Below are positions 13,501 to 29,357 of a stretch of DNA of 64,000 bases, in pieces. The stretch lies in NCBI RefSeq assembly GCF_009914755.1, contig NC_060934.1; one strand, given 5' to 3'. This stretch comes from the human T2T-CHM13v2.0 reference genome, Homo sapiens. Position numbers and translations under genes: made by a program. Under the pieces are notes generated by a model. That model worked only from the letters and a program-made list of their open reading frames with translations. It did no database searches and was not told the DNA's origin. Within the stretch, counting starts at the first letter, position 1; the number at the start of each line of letters is the position of its first letter.

Positions 13501-13701
13501 TCTGCTGGACTGGGGTCCAAGCATTAGATTGCTTCAGGCACTGAGCGGGTATTGCTGTTCTTCCAGCTTGGCAACAGTGTCTCTGCTGGGTGGGAGCACA
13601 TGATTCTTAGGGACTGAGTGCTGCATGGGCTTGGATGATGGAATTGTGACTGATCCTCTGGACTAAAGCTCAAATTCCTGAGGGACAGGACACTGGGTTG
13701 G

Positions 13702-14067
13702 TGTACTAGTCCATTCTCAAACTGCTATGAAGAAATCCCTAGGACTGGGTAATTTATAAAGGAAAGAGGTTTAATTGACTTACAGTTCTGCATTGCTGGG
13801 GAGGCCTCAGGAAACTTACAATCATGGCAGAAGGCAGAGGAGAAGCAGACACCTTCTTCACAGGGTGGCAGGATGGAGTGAGTGCAAGCAGGCAAAATGC
13901 CAGAAGCTTATAAAACCATCAGGCCTCACAAACTCACTCATTATCATGAAAAAAGCATGGGGGAACCGCCCCTACGATCCAATTACCTCCACCTTGTCCC
14001 TCCCTTGACACATGAGGATTACAATTCAAGATGAGATTTTGGGTGGGGACACAACCAAATCATATCA
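13702..14067 (-). mobile_element. THE1 (THE1D-like) MaLR solo LTR
   Basis: TGTACTAGTCCATTCTC...GGTAATTTATAAAGGAAAGAGGTTTAATTGAC...GATGAGATTTTGGGTGGGGACACAACCAAATCATATCA. Confidence 0.92.
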
Positions 14068-14974
14068 ATTGATTTAGGTACTGAGGGGCTGTGGCTGCTT
14101 TCTGGCTCAAGTATGGCTTCTTGGCTGGGCAGGAGTGTCTGGTCCTTTGGTGGCAGGGCACCACATGGGCTCAGGCACTGAGGTTACACTGCTCTGTGGG
14201 GTCAAAGGCTAAATTTCCGAGGAGTGGGGCAGCTGGTTGGTTCAGTTGCTGGGGGAGTAGCTGCTCTCCTGAGCCTAGGCTCTGTGTAGACAGGGGTGGA
14301 GCTCAGCAGTGACTGGGATGCGGGGGAGGGATTCTCTCCTAGGCAATGTTTCCCAAGGAGAAGGAGCTGCAGCAGTTTAACTGGGGTCTGGTACTTTTCC
14401 CTGTACGAGAATGTGGTGTAATGGTAGTAGAGTCTCAGGGATGAAAGAATGCAGTGGCTACTTGTTCCTGGGGCAGGGCATACTCTATCAAGGGCTCCGG
14501 TTTCAAGATTGTGATGCACAGTAGCAGCACGGACCACAGGGGGTGGGGTGCAATGTGAGATCTTTTAGAGTAGTGCAGCCATGTGAACTCCAGGAAACAC
14601 CCTAAGCTGGGCTTAGAACCTGTGAACACTGCAGGGTTTTTCAGTAACAAAGATTATAGGTATCCACTGTGGTGATGAAGGTTGCTAGGGGCCTCCTCCT
14701 TCCTGTTTCCATCATGGCAGAAATACTTCCTGTTTCTGAGCTGATTTTAGCTGGGGGCATGAGTGGCAGAGTCAAGGCTTTCTCGTCTTATCTCTATGCA
14801 GCCCTTCTGAGTTTCTGTGATCCACAGGGGCTCTTCACGGACCTACTCTACTTCAGTGCTTTCCTTTAGTTGCTCTGACCAAAATATAGTTATTCATTTG
14901 TTGTTTTGGTAACTGTTTTGGTGGAGAGGGATGAGAGTTAGGCACCTCTAGTGAGACATCTTGATGATGTCTCA

Positions 14975-16695
14975 AAAACTCTATCTTCCTATTGTTCTAT
15001 TTTCAAGTTTGCTAATTCCTTGTGACATATTTTTTCTGCTAAGTTCCTGCCGGAAGTTTTATTATGATTATTATATATTTCATTTCCAAAATTTTAATTT
15101 CCTTATTCATGTTTTCTATTTCTTTAGTTACTGAAATTTTCTATTCTTTTTTTTTATTATACTTTAAGTTCTGGGGTACATGTGCAGAAGGTGGAGGTTT
15201 GTTACATAGGTATACATGTGCCATGGTGGTTTGCTGCACCCATCAACAGTCATCTACATTAGGTGTTTCTCCTAATGTTATCCCTCCCCTAGCCCCCCAC
15301 CCCCCGACAGGCCCCGGTGTGATATTCTCCTCCCTGTGTCCAAGTGTTCTCATTGTTCAACTCCCACTTATGAGTGAGAACATGTGGTGTTTGGTTTTCT
15401 GTTCTTGCGTTAGTTTGCTGAGAAAGATGGTTTCCAGTTTCATCCATGTTCCTGCAAAGGACATGAACTCATCCTTTCTTATGGCTGCATAGTATTCCAT
15501 GGCGTATATGTGCCACATTTTCTTTATCCAGTCTATCATTGATGGGCATTTGGGTTGGTTCCAAGTCTTTGCTATTGTTAACAGTGCCACAATAAACATA
15601 TGTGTACATGTGTCTTTATGATAGAATGATTTATAATCCTTTGGGTATATACCCAGTAATGGGATTGCTGGGTTAAATAGTATTTCTAGTACTAGATCCT
15701 TGAGGATCACCACACTGTCTTCCACAATGGTTGAACTAATTTACACTCCCACCCACAGTGTAAAAGTGTTCCTATTTCTCCACATCCTCTCCAGCATCTG
15801 TTGAGGATATTTGTATTTGCTTGTTGAAGAACTTTTGTTGACAAATAATTCTAACATTCTGTCATCTCAGCATTGCGCCTCTTTTTTTTTTTCTTTTCTT
15901 TTTTTTTTTTTTTTTGGTCAATCAAGTTGTGATTTCCTGTCTCTTGCTATGACAAGAGCTATTTTATTATATCTTGTACATTTTGGCTGGTATGTTGAGA
16001 GACTCTGGATCCTAGTTCAGTCTTTTATTTCAACAGGCAGTTACACTGTTTAGCTTAACCATGTAAATACTGATCTAATTTTCTGGCCAACAGTTTTAAT
16101 GACAGTTTAATTTTGAGATACTATTTTTATCTGCTTAATTGGCCTGATTCTATTAGGTCTTTTGCTAATCCTTCTTGGTGCCACCAGTGAGGACCAAAAG
16201 TGCTTCCCCAGGCAGGGTTATCTCCATTAGCTAGGCTCTGGAAGAGCACTTTTCCTGGCCCCTTGTTTTCTGTGGGTTCTTTCCTGATTCCTGCCTCAGC
16301 ATTCAGGCATCATGGGTTGCTCAGTGTCTGGTGTAAGTTGTAAAGGTTGGGGAACTTTAGTTTCCAGGCACTTCCCTTGGCCTCTTGTAGGCAGGATTCC
16401 ATTTCAATAAAGGGAGGAAGGGTCCTGCCTGAGCTGCTTTTTCGTACTGATTTGGGAATTATAAGATGCCCATGCTGTATCTCTTTGTGCTGGTGTGGGA
16501 GTTGGAGCAAGAACTGGAAGATGTTGAGGCACAGTGTTTTCCTTCAATCTTGCAATCCTTAACCAGTCTACCTTCCTCTTTCCACATCTCAGAGTCCTCC
16601 TATGGTTGTCTGTTGTGTTATCTTTAAGGTTTATAATTGTACGTAGAGGAGAGGAACAAGGAATGATGAGTCTATGCCATCTCATCCAGACTGCC
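14975..16695 (-). mobile_element. Older L1 (L1M-type) ORF1/5' remnant, interrupted by an L1PA 3' end
   Basis: Antisense ORF1-like T-rich sequence; ends GAGTCTATGCCATCTCATCCAG, resembling an L1 5' AGATGG motif. Confidence 0.5.
15146..15803 (-). mobile_element. 5'-truncated L1PA (PA7/8-like) 3' end
   Basis: Poly-T, TTATTATACTTTAAGTTCTGGGGTACATGTGCAG 3' UTR; ORF 15357-15725 gives the ORF2 C-terminus ([26 protein letters not shown]). Confidence 0.93.
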
Positions 16696-16699
16696 TTTC

Positions 16700-16806
16700 A
16701 AGGGTATCTTTCTTTCTATAGCTCAAGTTCTTATTACTCTCTAATTTAAATTATTCAGTTAATTCCCATCACTCTCAAGTAAAATCAATACTTCTTAATC
16801 TGACCT
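16700..16806 (+). mobile_element. L2 fragment (continuation)
   Basis: TTCCCATCACTCTCAAGTAAAATCAATACTTCTTAATCTGACC resembles the L2 3' region. Confidence 0.5.
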
Positions 16807-17333
16807 TATCAATTAGGACCCTGTGCTACATGTAACAGAAACCACAATCCAAATAATAATTAATGAAACCTCTATCTTGGCTTATATCTGTAAAGCTCAG
16901 AGTCTTCAAGGGAGGCCTCATGCCAGGCTTAAACCATATCACCAGAATCCATCACTAGTCTGCTTTTTCTGATTGGCTCTCTCATAGTGTTTATAAAATA
17001 TTTGCCACATTTTTCTTGGGGTCAGCTTATTCATGTTCATACCCCAAAGCAAGAAAAATATATGTAGACCCTAACACATCCCACCCTTACACACCAAGCA
17101 AGAAGGCTAAATGTCATGGGTTTCATGAGGTAACTTTCTCCATATTTGAACTCTAAGTATGTGGTGGGGTCAGGGAAGGCATCTTCTTACTCCTGTTTCC
17201 TGAAGAGTGTGTAGTAGTCAATATTTCCTGAAGCACATGGGCCGTAAGGAAGTAAAAATTCAGTTCCTGTTATTTAAAGAAAGGGAAAATGGGTCCATCA
17301 GGACCAAAAAAAAAATCCTGCAAATGTAATTAC
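16807..17333. mobile_element. Ancient ERVL/MaLR-type LTR remnant (MLT1/LTR33-like)
   Basis: GCTACATGTAACAGAAACCACAATCCAAA start and GGGAAAATGG...AATGTAATTACA end. Confidence 0.4.
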
Positions 17334-17334
17334 A

Positions 17335-17528
17335 GTGGTTTACAAGTACTGCCTTCATCTCTACTTGTTTGCTTTGCTACTTTCCACTCGTCCAGTGTAT
17401 CTTTTTGTGCTCCCAAGAAACCATTGAGAAGCACTTTCAGATTTTTAGATGTATCATCTTTTTCCACCTTGAAGACTATGGTCATGCTACTCTCTTTGCT
17501 TGAAACACCCAACTCCATTCTTCTTCAG
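17335..17528 (+). mobile_element. L2 fragment (continuation)
   Basis: CATGCTACTCTCTTTGCTTGAAACACCC resembles the L2 3' region. Confidence 0.5.
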
Positions 17529-18114
17529 TACTATGGTTTGAATTTATCCCCAAAATTCATGTGTTGGTAACTTAATCCTTAATGCAATAGTGTTGAGGTT
17601 TTTAAAGAGATGATTAAGTCATGAGGGCTCTGCCCTTACAAATAGATTAATGCAGTTATCAAGGGATAGGTTAGTTCTCACAGGATTGGGATCCTAATAA
17701 AAGGGTAAGCTCAGCCCCTTCCCTTGTTCCTCTTTCTCCTGCATGTGCTGTCTCACCCTTCAACCTTTTGCTGTGCAATAATGTAGCAAGAAGGGCCTCA
17801 CCAGATGCAGGTCCCTTGGCCTTGGAATTTCCAGCCTGTAGAACTGTAAGAAATATTTGTTCTTTATAAATATTTATTTATATTTATAAACAGAATACCT
17901 AGTCTCAGGTATTCTGTTACCTCAGCAAAAGACAAACTAAGACCAACAACTGATACTGAGTAGCGAGACTGTTGTTATAACAAATACCTGAAAATGTGGA
18001 CACAGCTTTGGAGTTGGGTAATGGCTACGGGCTAGAAGAATTTGAATGAGCAAGCTAGAAAAAGTCTAGATCATCATGAATGGAGTGTTAAGGGCAATTC
18101 TGGTGAGGGCTTAG

Positions 18115-20817
<2,703 letters not shown>

Positions 20818-22539
20818 AGAAAAAGACAAGAACTGTAGCGAGAGCCTACATTTTCTTAGGAGTTACTTAAGTGGTTGAGATCAGAGTATTGGTAGAAATT
20901 TAAACAGTAAAGGCTACTCTGACAAGGTCTTAGTTGTAAATTAGGAATAGGGTATTGAAAAATGGAGTAAATACCATTCTTTTTATAAAGTTGCAAAGAA
21001 TATGGTGGAATTATGTCTGTGTCCTTGGACTTTGCGGAAGGCAACACTTTAGAGGGATGAACTAGGACATCTGTCAGAAGAAATCTTTAAGCAGCAAAGT
21101 GTTTACAGAGCTACGTGACTTCTTTTGGTTCCTTATAGTAAAATGAGAGAAGAGAGAAATGATTAAAGATGGAATTTGTAATTAAAAAGGAAACAGAATG
21201 AAAAGATTTAGAAAACTCTCAGAGCCTAGCCAAGTAAAGCATGTTTGAGAGAGAATATTAATAGTGTGACAAAGGTGTTTGCTAAAGAGATTTATATGGC
21301 TAGAAAAACACCAGGTTCTGTTTGTCAAGACAATGGGAGAATGATCCTAAGGCATTTCAGGTGTGCAGAATGCAACAGCTGTAGGGCCATGGCGATCTAC
21401 TCCTAAATTTAAATGGATGTTGCGAAGAACCTGTGAGCCAAGACAGAGGCTTGTCACAGGGATGGTGCCACCCCGGAGAGCCTCCACTGAGGAAATGTCC
21501 AGCAGAGCCATAGGAGTGAGGCCACTACATAAACTCCTTACTCTCATAATGTTTAGTGGAGCCATGGAAGTGAAGTAGACCCTGTGACCCCAGAACTACA
21601 GAGCAACCAATGTGCAACTGCATCCTGGGAGAGCTGCAGCCATAAGACTCTAACCCATTAGTGCTGCTGGGTGGACTGAGCCAAACAAAACCCTAGGGAC
21701 AGGGCTTCATGAGGATGTGGGGTCCCACTGCCTTCCCATTGTGCCCAGATGTGAGACAAGAGCTCAACACAGATTATTGTCTAGTTTTAAGACATGATAT
21801 GGTTTTTGTTGTTGGGTTTAGTACTGACTTGGGGCCTGTGATTTCTCTTTTTGTGCCTCTCTCTCTCTCTTTTAAAATGGGAATGTATATCCTATGCCTG
21901 CCCCCCCATTGTGTTTTGGAAGCATGTAACTTTTTTGATTTCATAGGCTCACAGATGGAGGGGAATTTGCCTGAAGATAAATCACGCCTTGAGTATGACC
22001 CATATCTGATTTAGATGAGGCTCTGGATTTTGAACTTTTGAGGTGATGCTGGAACCAGTTAAGACTAGGGTGAGATAAAAAGAATTTATTTTGTGTGTGA
22101 GAATGACATATGTTTTCCAAGCCAGGGGGCAGCATGCTATTGTTTGAATGTGTCACTAAATGCAAAGGTGTTGAGAAAGGGGACCTTTAAAAAGTGATTA
22201 TGTCATAAGGGCTCTGCTTTCACGAGTAGGTTAATGCCATCATTGCAGGAGTGGGTTAGTTGTCATGGGAATGGGTTTCTGATAAACAGACACCCTCCTC
22301 TGTCTCTCATGTTTGTGCTGTCTTGCCCTTCCACCTTCCACTACGGTATGATGCAGCAAGAAGGCTCTCGCTGTATGTGGGCCCCTTGACCTTCGACTTT
22401 ATAGCCTCCAGAACTGTAATAAATAAATCTCTGTTCTTTATTACCCAGTCTCAAATTTTCTGTTATTATCAGCACAAAACAGACTAGACATGCAGCCATT
22501 TTCCCTCTAGACACATGCACACACACCTATGACCTATGT

Positions 22540-22780
22540 CTTGTATTGTTTCTTATGCTTCTGCATTCATTTCAATACTTGCTCTGCAACTCTCTCTTAC
22601 ACTCAAAACTAGGTGATGCCCTACTGATTTTACAGCCTCCTTTACTTCTTTCACCATCACACTTATTATACCCTACTGCAGTGGCCTGGTTTTAGCTGTG
22701 TATCCCACTAACTTACAAGAAAAGAATTGTGTCTTAATCACAACTTGACCCTTATTACCTAACAAAGAGCCTCTTGAGTG
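22540..22780 (+). mobile_element. L2 3' terminal fragment
   Basis: TCACCATCACACTTATTATACCCTACTGCAG...GAATTGTGTCTTAATCAC...TACCTAACAAAGAGCCT. Confidence 0.5.
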
Positions 22781-23605
22781 ATCCACTTTAAAAAACTCTA
22801 GGCGATCATATCATGCTATAAGTACATGAAGAAAAGAACAATTATAATGTTTAGGTAAACAAGGAGGAGCCTTTGTAGTAGGTGAACCTTGAAAAAGGAG
22901 TAGAAATTTTCCAGGTCTTAGTTTCAAGAAGGCATTTCAGGCAGTAGAAAGGTATTTCATGGAGACAGGCAAGTATAAGAGATATACCACCTGTTAAAAT
23001 GAAACTGAACAGATCCCCGTCCCCATGGGCGTTATCCATCTGTGCCTTCAAATCCATGCTGAGGCTGCTTCTGCAAGCTTAAGAAATTGGTATTTTGCAG
23101 ATCCCTGGAGTCCACATGACATTGTCTGGCCTTGTTTGTTACTGCTCTTTTTTCAGTGTGTAGGAATGAAGAATGAGTGCCAATAAATCTGAATGTCAAA
23201 AGTCAAATACAAATGTCAAGGCCATTCCACATCACTGGTTGTTTTGAATTCTGAGCCCAATTTTTGCAGGCTACTATGGTGGGGAGAACCACTTGGCTAT
23301 GTCTCCATTTACTTATCAAAGGCTACTCCAGGCATAACAGACCTAGGCTGCAGGCAAATGGCCTTCTTATGCCATACAAGCACAGACTAACTCATCAAAT
23401 GAAAAAGAATAGAGTTTGAAATTCCTTTATGAGTTTTAAGAATATTTCCTGTGAGAGAAATTTTGAAAGCTGCTCAATTAAAAGCAACTGTACTTCATAT
23501 ATTTTATTTTATTGTGTTGTTGGCTTCATTTAGGTTGAAATTAGGGAATCTAGCATTGTTATTGGTGTTTACTTTTTTGAGAAGTAGAGCAACTCAAATT
23601 ATTCA

Positions 23606-24119
<514 letters not shown>

Positions 24120-24211
24120 TTATTTAACCCTCACTGGAAGCATGCATATTTGCCCAATGCCTAACTTTATCAAATGTTAATACTCTGTCTCAAAAAAAAA
24201 ATTTTTTTTTT

Positions 24212-27200
24212 AAATCATACCCTATGTGGTCTTTTGTGCCTGGCTTATTTCACTTAGGGTAACGTATTAAATATTCACCTATGTCATATTACATATTATT
24301 CTTTGTATTGCAAAATAATATCCTAATGTATGTATACGCTACATATTTATCAGTTTATAAACATTTGGGTCATTCTCAAATTTGTGCTATGAACATTCAT
24401 GTACAAGTTTTCATGTGTTTATGTTTTTATTTATTTTGAATATATATACTCAAAAGGAATAGAGTGCTGGGTCATCTGGCAACTCCATGTTTATCATTTT
24501 GAAGAACTGTGAAGATTTTACATTTCCACCAGAAATATATGAGAATTCAATTTTCTTCATATTCTTACCAACACTTTTTGTCTTCTTGTTATTTTAGTCA
24601 TTATAATATTCAAGAAATGGTATCTCACTAGGGTTTTAATTTGCATTCCAATAATGTCTAATGATGTTGACCATCTTTTCATATGTTTGATGACCATTTT
24701 AAAATCTTCTATGGAGCAATAGCTATTCAAATAATGTGTCCATTTTTAAATGAGTTCTTTACATTTTTATTATTAAAGTTGTAAGTGTTCTTTATATACT
24801 CAGTGGACAAGTGTCATATTAGAAATAAAATTTGCAAATATTTTATCTCACTCTATGTATCTTCTTTTTATATTATTTGAAGTTTATTTTGCCTGATATT
24901 AGTAGAGCTACTTGAGCTCTATTTTGGTTGATGTTTGCATGGCATATCATTTTTCTATCCTTTTACCTTCAAGATATTTGATACATATAATCTGAATCTG
25001 AAGTATATCTCTTGTAGATAGCATAAAGTTGGATCATTTTTAAGTCCATTCTGCTAATATCTGCCTTTTATTGGAATGTTTGACACATTTACATTTAATG
25101 TAATTGTTGACAAGTCAGGATTTACTTCTGCCTCTTTGCTCTTTGTTTTCAGGCATTATGGGTCTTTCTTTACTCCCTATTCTTCTATCACAGCCTTCCT
25201 TAGTATTAAATGAATATATTAAAATACCATTTTAATTCCCTTTTTTTTTTAACGATGTAATTTTAAATTTTATTTTTGTAGTGGTTTCCCTGTGGATTAC
25301 AATGAACATTTTCACTTAAAACAATGTAGGAATTCAATAAACATTTTTACTTAAAACAATCTAGGATTGATAACAACTTAGTTTCAGTGGTAGAGACAAT
25401 CTTTGCTCATGGATAGTTCCATTTTCTCCTCCTTTTGCACTGTTATCATTAGCATATGCATATGACTTTATGCATCATAATATAATCAATGAAGTTTTTA
25501 TGTATTGCTTAATGTAGCTGCCCTTTAAATCAAATGGGAAAGAAAGGGGCTTACAAACTGTATTGTCTCTAATATTTATTTATGTAGTTATCTTTATGGG
25601 TACCCTGTTTCTTCATGTGAACTTAGGGTACTGTCCAGTGCTTTTTCTATTTCTTCATTTTAGCCTGAAGGACACCCTTTGGTATTTCTTGTAGGGCAGG
25701 TCTGCTATTAATTAATATTCTCTTTATTTCTCTCATAGACATACCTTTACTTCTCCTTCAGTTTTGAAGGACAGTTTCGCTATTGGTTTTTTTCTTTCAA
25801 CAGTTTGAATATGTCATCCCACCACATCGTGGCTTCTATGGTATCTAATAGGAAGCCTGCTACTAATCTCGTTGGAAATCATATGCGATGACTCCTTTTT
25901 TCGATACCTTTACAATTCTCTCATTGTATGTGTGTTTTGACAGTTTAATTATGATGGGTCTAAGTTATTATGTCTTTTAGTTTATCTTACTTGGAGGTCA
26001 TTGAGCCTCTTGGATGTATGAATTAATATTTGTTAACAAATTTGGGGAATTTTCAGCCATAATTTCTTCAAGTATTCTTTTTGCCTTATTTTCTTTCTCA
26101 TCCTTCTAGGACTTCCATTATGCATATGTCAGTGTGATTGATGGTACCACATAGTCTTTTTGAGGCTTTGTTCCCTTTTATTTATCTTTTTTTATTTCTG
26201 TTTCTCAAACCATAAAATCTCAATTTAGCTATCATAAATTCACTGTTTTTTTCCTTCTGCCTGCTTAAATCTGTTTTTGAACCCCTCTAGTGAACTTATT
26301 TCAATTATTGCCCATTTCAATGACACATTTTATTTATTTATTTTAAAAATAATTTCTATATAATTATTAATATTCTCTGTTTAAGGTATTATTCTCATAT
26401 TTTATTTAATTATTTAGATATGAAGTCCTGTAGTTTGTTCAACATATTATGATACGTTAAAGTATGTTTAACTGACTTAAAGTTTTTTTTTATTAACATC
26501 AATATATGTATGGGCATCCTTGGAGAGACTTTAACTTACTGCTGTGCTTTCCTTTTCCCCTTCCTGCCCCCACATGGGTTTACTTTTATGTTTCTTTGTG
26601 TATCCCATAATTTTTATTGAAAGCTGAACAATTTAAGTAACGTAATGTGACAGCTCTGAAAATCAGATTCACCTCCACTTGCCAAAGCTCTTATTTGATT
26701 ACTGATGTTTATTGCTGTTTTTTTTTTGGTTTTTTTTTCATTTTTGGTAACTTTCCTGGAATAATTCTGTAAAGTCTGTATTCCTTATCATGTGCAGCCA
26801 CTGACATCTCTTTTCCATTAACTTAGTGGTCCACTGATTTCTACAGAGATTGCCTTAAATATCTTCATCAAGTAGAACTCTCTTCCTTTGCCAAATATTC
26901 ACATTTGTGCTGGGGCAAGCCTTCAGTGCTCCAGCAGTTTACAACTCTGTAATTACCTTCACTTCTTGGTTTTTCAGGATTCAAGATCAGACAGAGGTGA
27001 GAGAGTAGGGCCTGCTGGGATCTTTCCTACCCTTGTGCACAACTCTGTTCATGCGTATAACATTGTGAATCCCTGGGAATATGTAGAGATTTTCAAAGCC
27101 CAGTAGGAAATATTATTCCCCATATTTTCATCTTAAGCTTTTTGACAAGCTTCTTGTTTGCCCCAACTTGCTTTGCTGCCTCAGGCATCAGCCACGTTAA

Positions 27201-27700
27201 ACAATTGCTGCTGATTGCTTCAACAAACTCTCTTATGATAGGGCTTTCCTCCCTGAATGAGCTTTAAGTCAGGTCAGATAAAGTTTAAAAAAGTGACAGT
27301 TCTTCAGTTTGGAACTTCTGAAGATCTCCAAACTCTACCTCTTCCAGTGTTTAGTGGACTTCTAGTTTTTACTGCTTTTATGGCTGCTAGATTGTTAAAT
27401 TTTAAAGTTCACACAGAGCTGGGGAAAGGGGGATGGAAATAGAGCTTAAAATGATACAAAGCTTGCTGGTTTTGTTGTTGTCATTTTTACCAAGGTTCTG
27501 CCTTTTTTCTTCTATAAACACTCCTTAGATTGTTACAAGCCTTTGGTTTATTTCTAGAGTTCTTAAAAAAAGTTGATTTTTTTTACAAATGTTACCTATC
27601 TTTCATTGATTTTATGGAGAGACAGATGTTTGGAGGGACTTACTTTATCATCTGGAAGTAATTAGATGTTTGGAGGGACTTACTTTATCATCTGGAAGTA
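24212..27700 (-). mobile_element. Old L1 (L1MB/MC-type) pieces: 3' ORF2 region (~24212-24870) joined to ORF2-5'/ORF1/5'UTR (~24870-27700)
   Basis: GGCTTATTTCACTTAG and GTTTTAATTTGCATTCC 3' motifs; ORF1 antisense TTCTCCTTCAGTTTTGAAGGACAGTTTCGCT; may be two elements. Confidence 0.75.
27624..27700. repeat. Perfect 37-bp tandem duplication with 3-nt spacer
   Basis: AGATGTTTGGAGGGACTTACTTTATCATCTGGAAGTA at 27624-27660 and 27664-27700. Confidence 0.97.
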
Positions 27701-28094
27701 CTCTTCTTCATTGATAGGTCTTAAAAGTTTTGGCATTTCAGTACAACATAGATTTATGTGAATTTATCTTTCATTATTCTGCTGGGTACTCAAAGGGAAT
27801 TTTAATTTGTATCTTTAATTCTGAAAAATTTTCACCAGTTTTATCTTCAATTATTACGTCTTTGTTATTCCTTCTGTTCAAGACTTTGAGTCTTATTTTG
27901 TTTCCTGTTGGAGCTTTTAATCTATTCTTCATCTCTATTAGGTGTTATTTCAATGTTTTTTGTCTTGGTCTTGCTACTGCATTCTGAGTTAAATTTTAAA
28001 TATTGTCTTCCAGTTTAACAAACTCTTCTATATTGTGACTAGTTTTTGAAATTTTTAGGATGATTTAATTATTTTTTTATTTTAATTGAGGGTT

Positions 28095-28390
28095 TTTATT
28101 TATTTATTTATTTTTTTGACGGAGTTTTGCTCTTGTAGCCCAGGCTGGAGTGCAATGGCATGCCCTCAGCTCACCGCAACCTCCACCTCCTGAGTTCAAG
28201 CCATTCTCCTGCCTCAGCCTCCTGAGTAGCTGGGATTTTAGACATGTGCCACAACGCCCAGCTAATTTTTTGTATTTTTAGTAGAGATGGGGTTTCTCCA
28301 TGTTGTTTAGGCTGGTCCGAACTCCCAACCTCAGGTGATCCGCCCACCTCGGCGTCCCAAAGTGCTGGGATTACAGGCATAAGCCACCAC
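28095..28390 (-). mobile_element. AluSp-like
   Basis: Diagnostic GCTCTTGT, CTCACCGCAACC and GTTTCTCCATGTTG; degenerate TSD GAGGGTTTTT/GAGGTTTTTT. Confidence 0.92.
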
Positions 28391-28987
28391 AGAGGTTTTT
28401 TGTTTGTTTGTTTTTTTAATCCTACCAATAAACTCAGAGTTTTCTTCTCTCTCTTTTTTTATTTTTAACAATCTCTTGGGTTTTTTATTTTGGTTTTTGA
28501 AAATGAAGATTTAAAAAAAATTTCTCTCCTGAAACATTCGTCTGTAAGTTTTAAAATGTTGATCATTCCATCTGGAGTAATTCTTCTGTGTATTGTTTGT
28601 GATGGTTGTAATTTTAACATTAAATTTCACATGAATTTTGGAATTTGGATTTGCTGGCTCATTTTTGAGTGGGAGTTTGTTGTGTTTCATTTTACTTTTC
28701 CTCTCTGTTTATGCTTACTTTTTTCTCCCTACCATTTCTTGGCTCACATTAAATAATGAATCACTATAATGTAATTGGACGTATCTGTGCTGAGACAGTA
28801 TTAGGGAGAGGGTAGATATGGTCACCCAGTCAGGAAGCATCTTATTGTCTCATTTTAAGTCTCTGGCTGTCATCTCCCTAGGCCTGCAGCTACCAGGAAC
28901 TAGAAATCTGAAAAGTGTTCAGTGACATCTCTCTACCCCCTTATTTATTCTGGGGAGATTTAAAACTTAAGCCTTCTCAGATCCAGG

Positions 28988-29357
28988 TGTCATTCAGAAT
29001 AAGGTTATGTTGCAATAGCTTATAACCCTAACATCTCTGTGGCATTAAAAAACAACAACGAAGTTTCATTTCTCACTAATCTTTAATGTCTGTTGTGGGT
29101 CCTGTGGCTATGTCTCATCATCACTTTTATTCTGTGACTGAGATAGATGAGATTGTCTCTTCCTGGATCAAAAGCATATGGGAAAACTGATCAGTGGCTT
29201 CTAAAGCTTCTTCCACAAGGCATCATATCATTTTTGCTCACATTCCATAGACTCGAACAAGTCATGAGGCCAAGCCTAACATTAATACCACAATAAAGTA
29301 GATTCTGCCCCACTAGAGGGTTAATATTTTATATTAAAGTATAATATGGTCTACCAA
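28988..29357 (-). mobile_element. MLT1 (MLT1J-like) LTR
   Basis: GGTTATGTTGCAATAGC...GCTCACATTCCATAGACTCGAACAAGTCATGAGGCCAAGCCTAACATTAAT. Confidence 0.7.
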
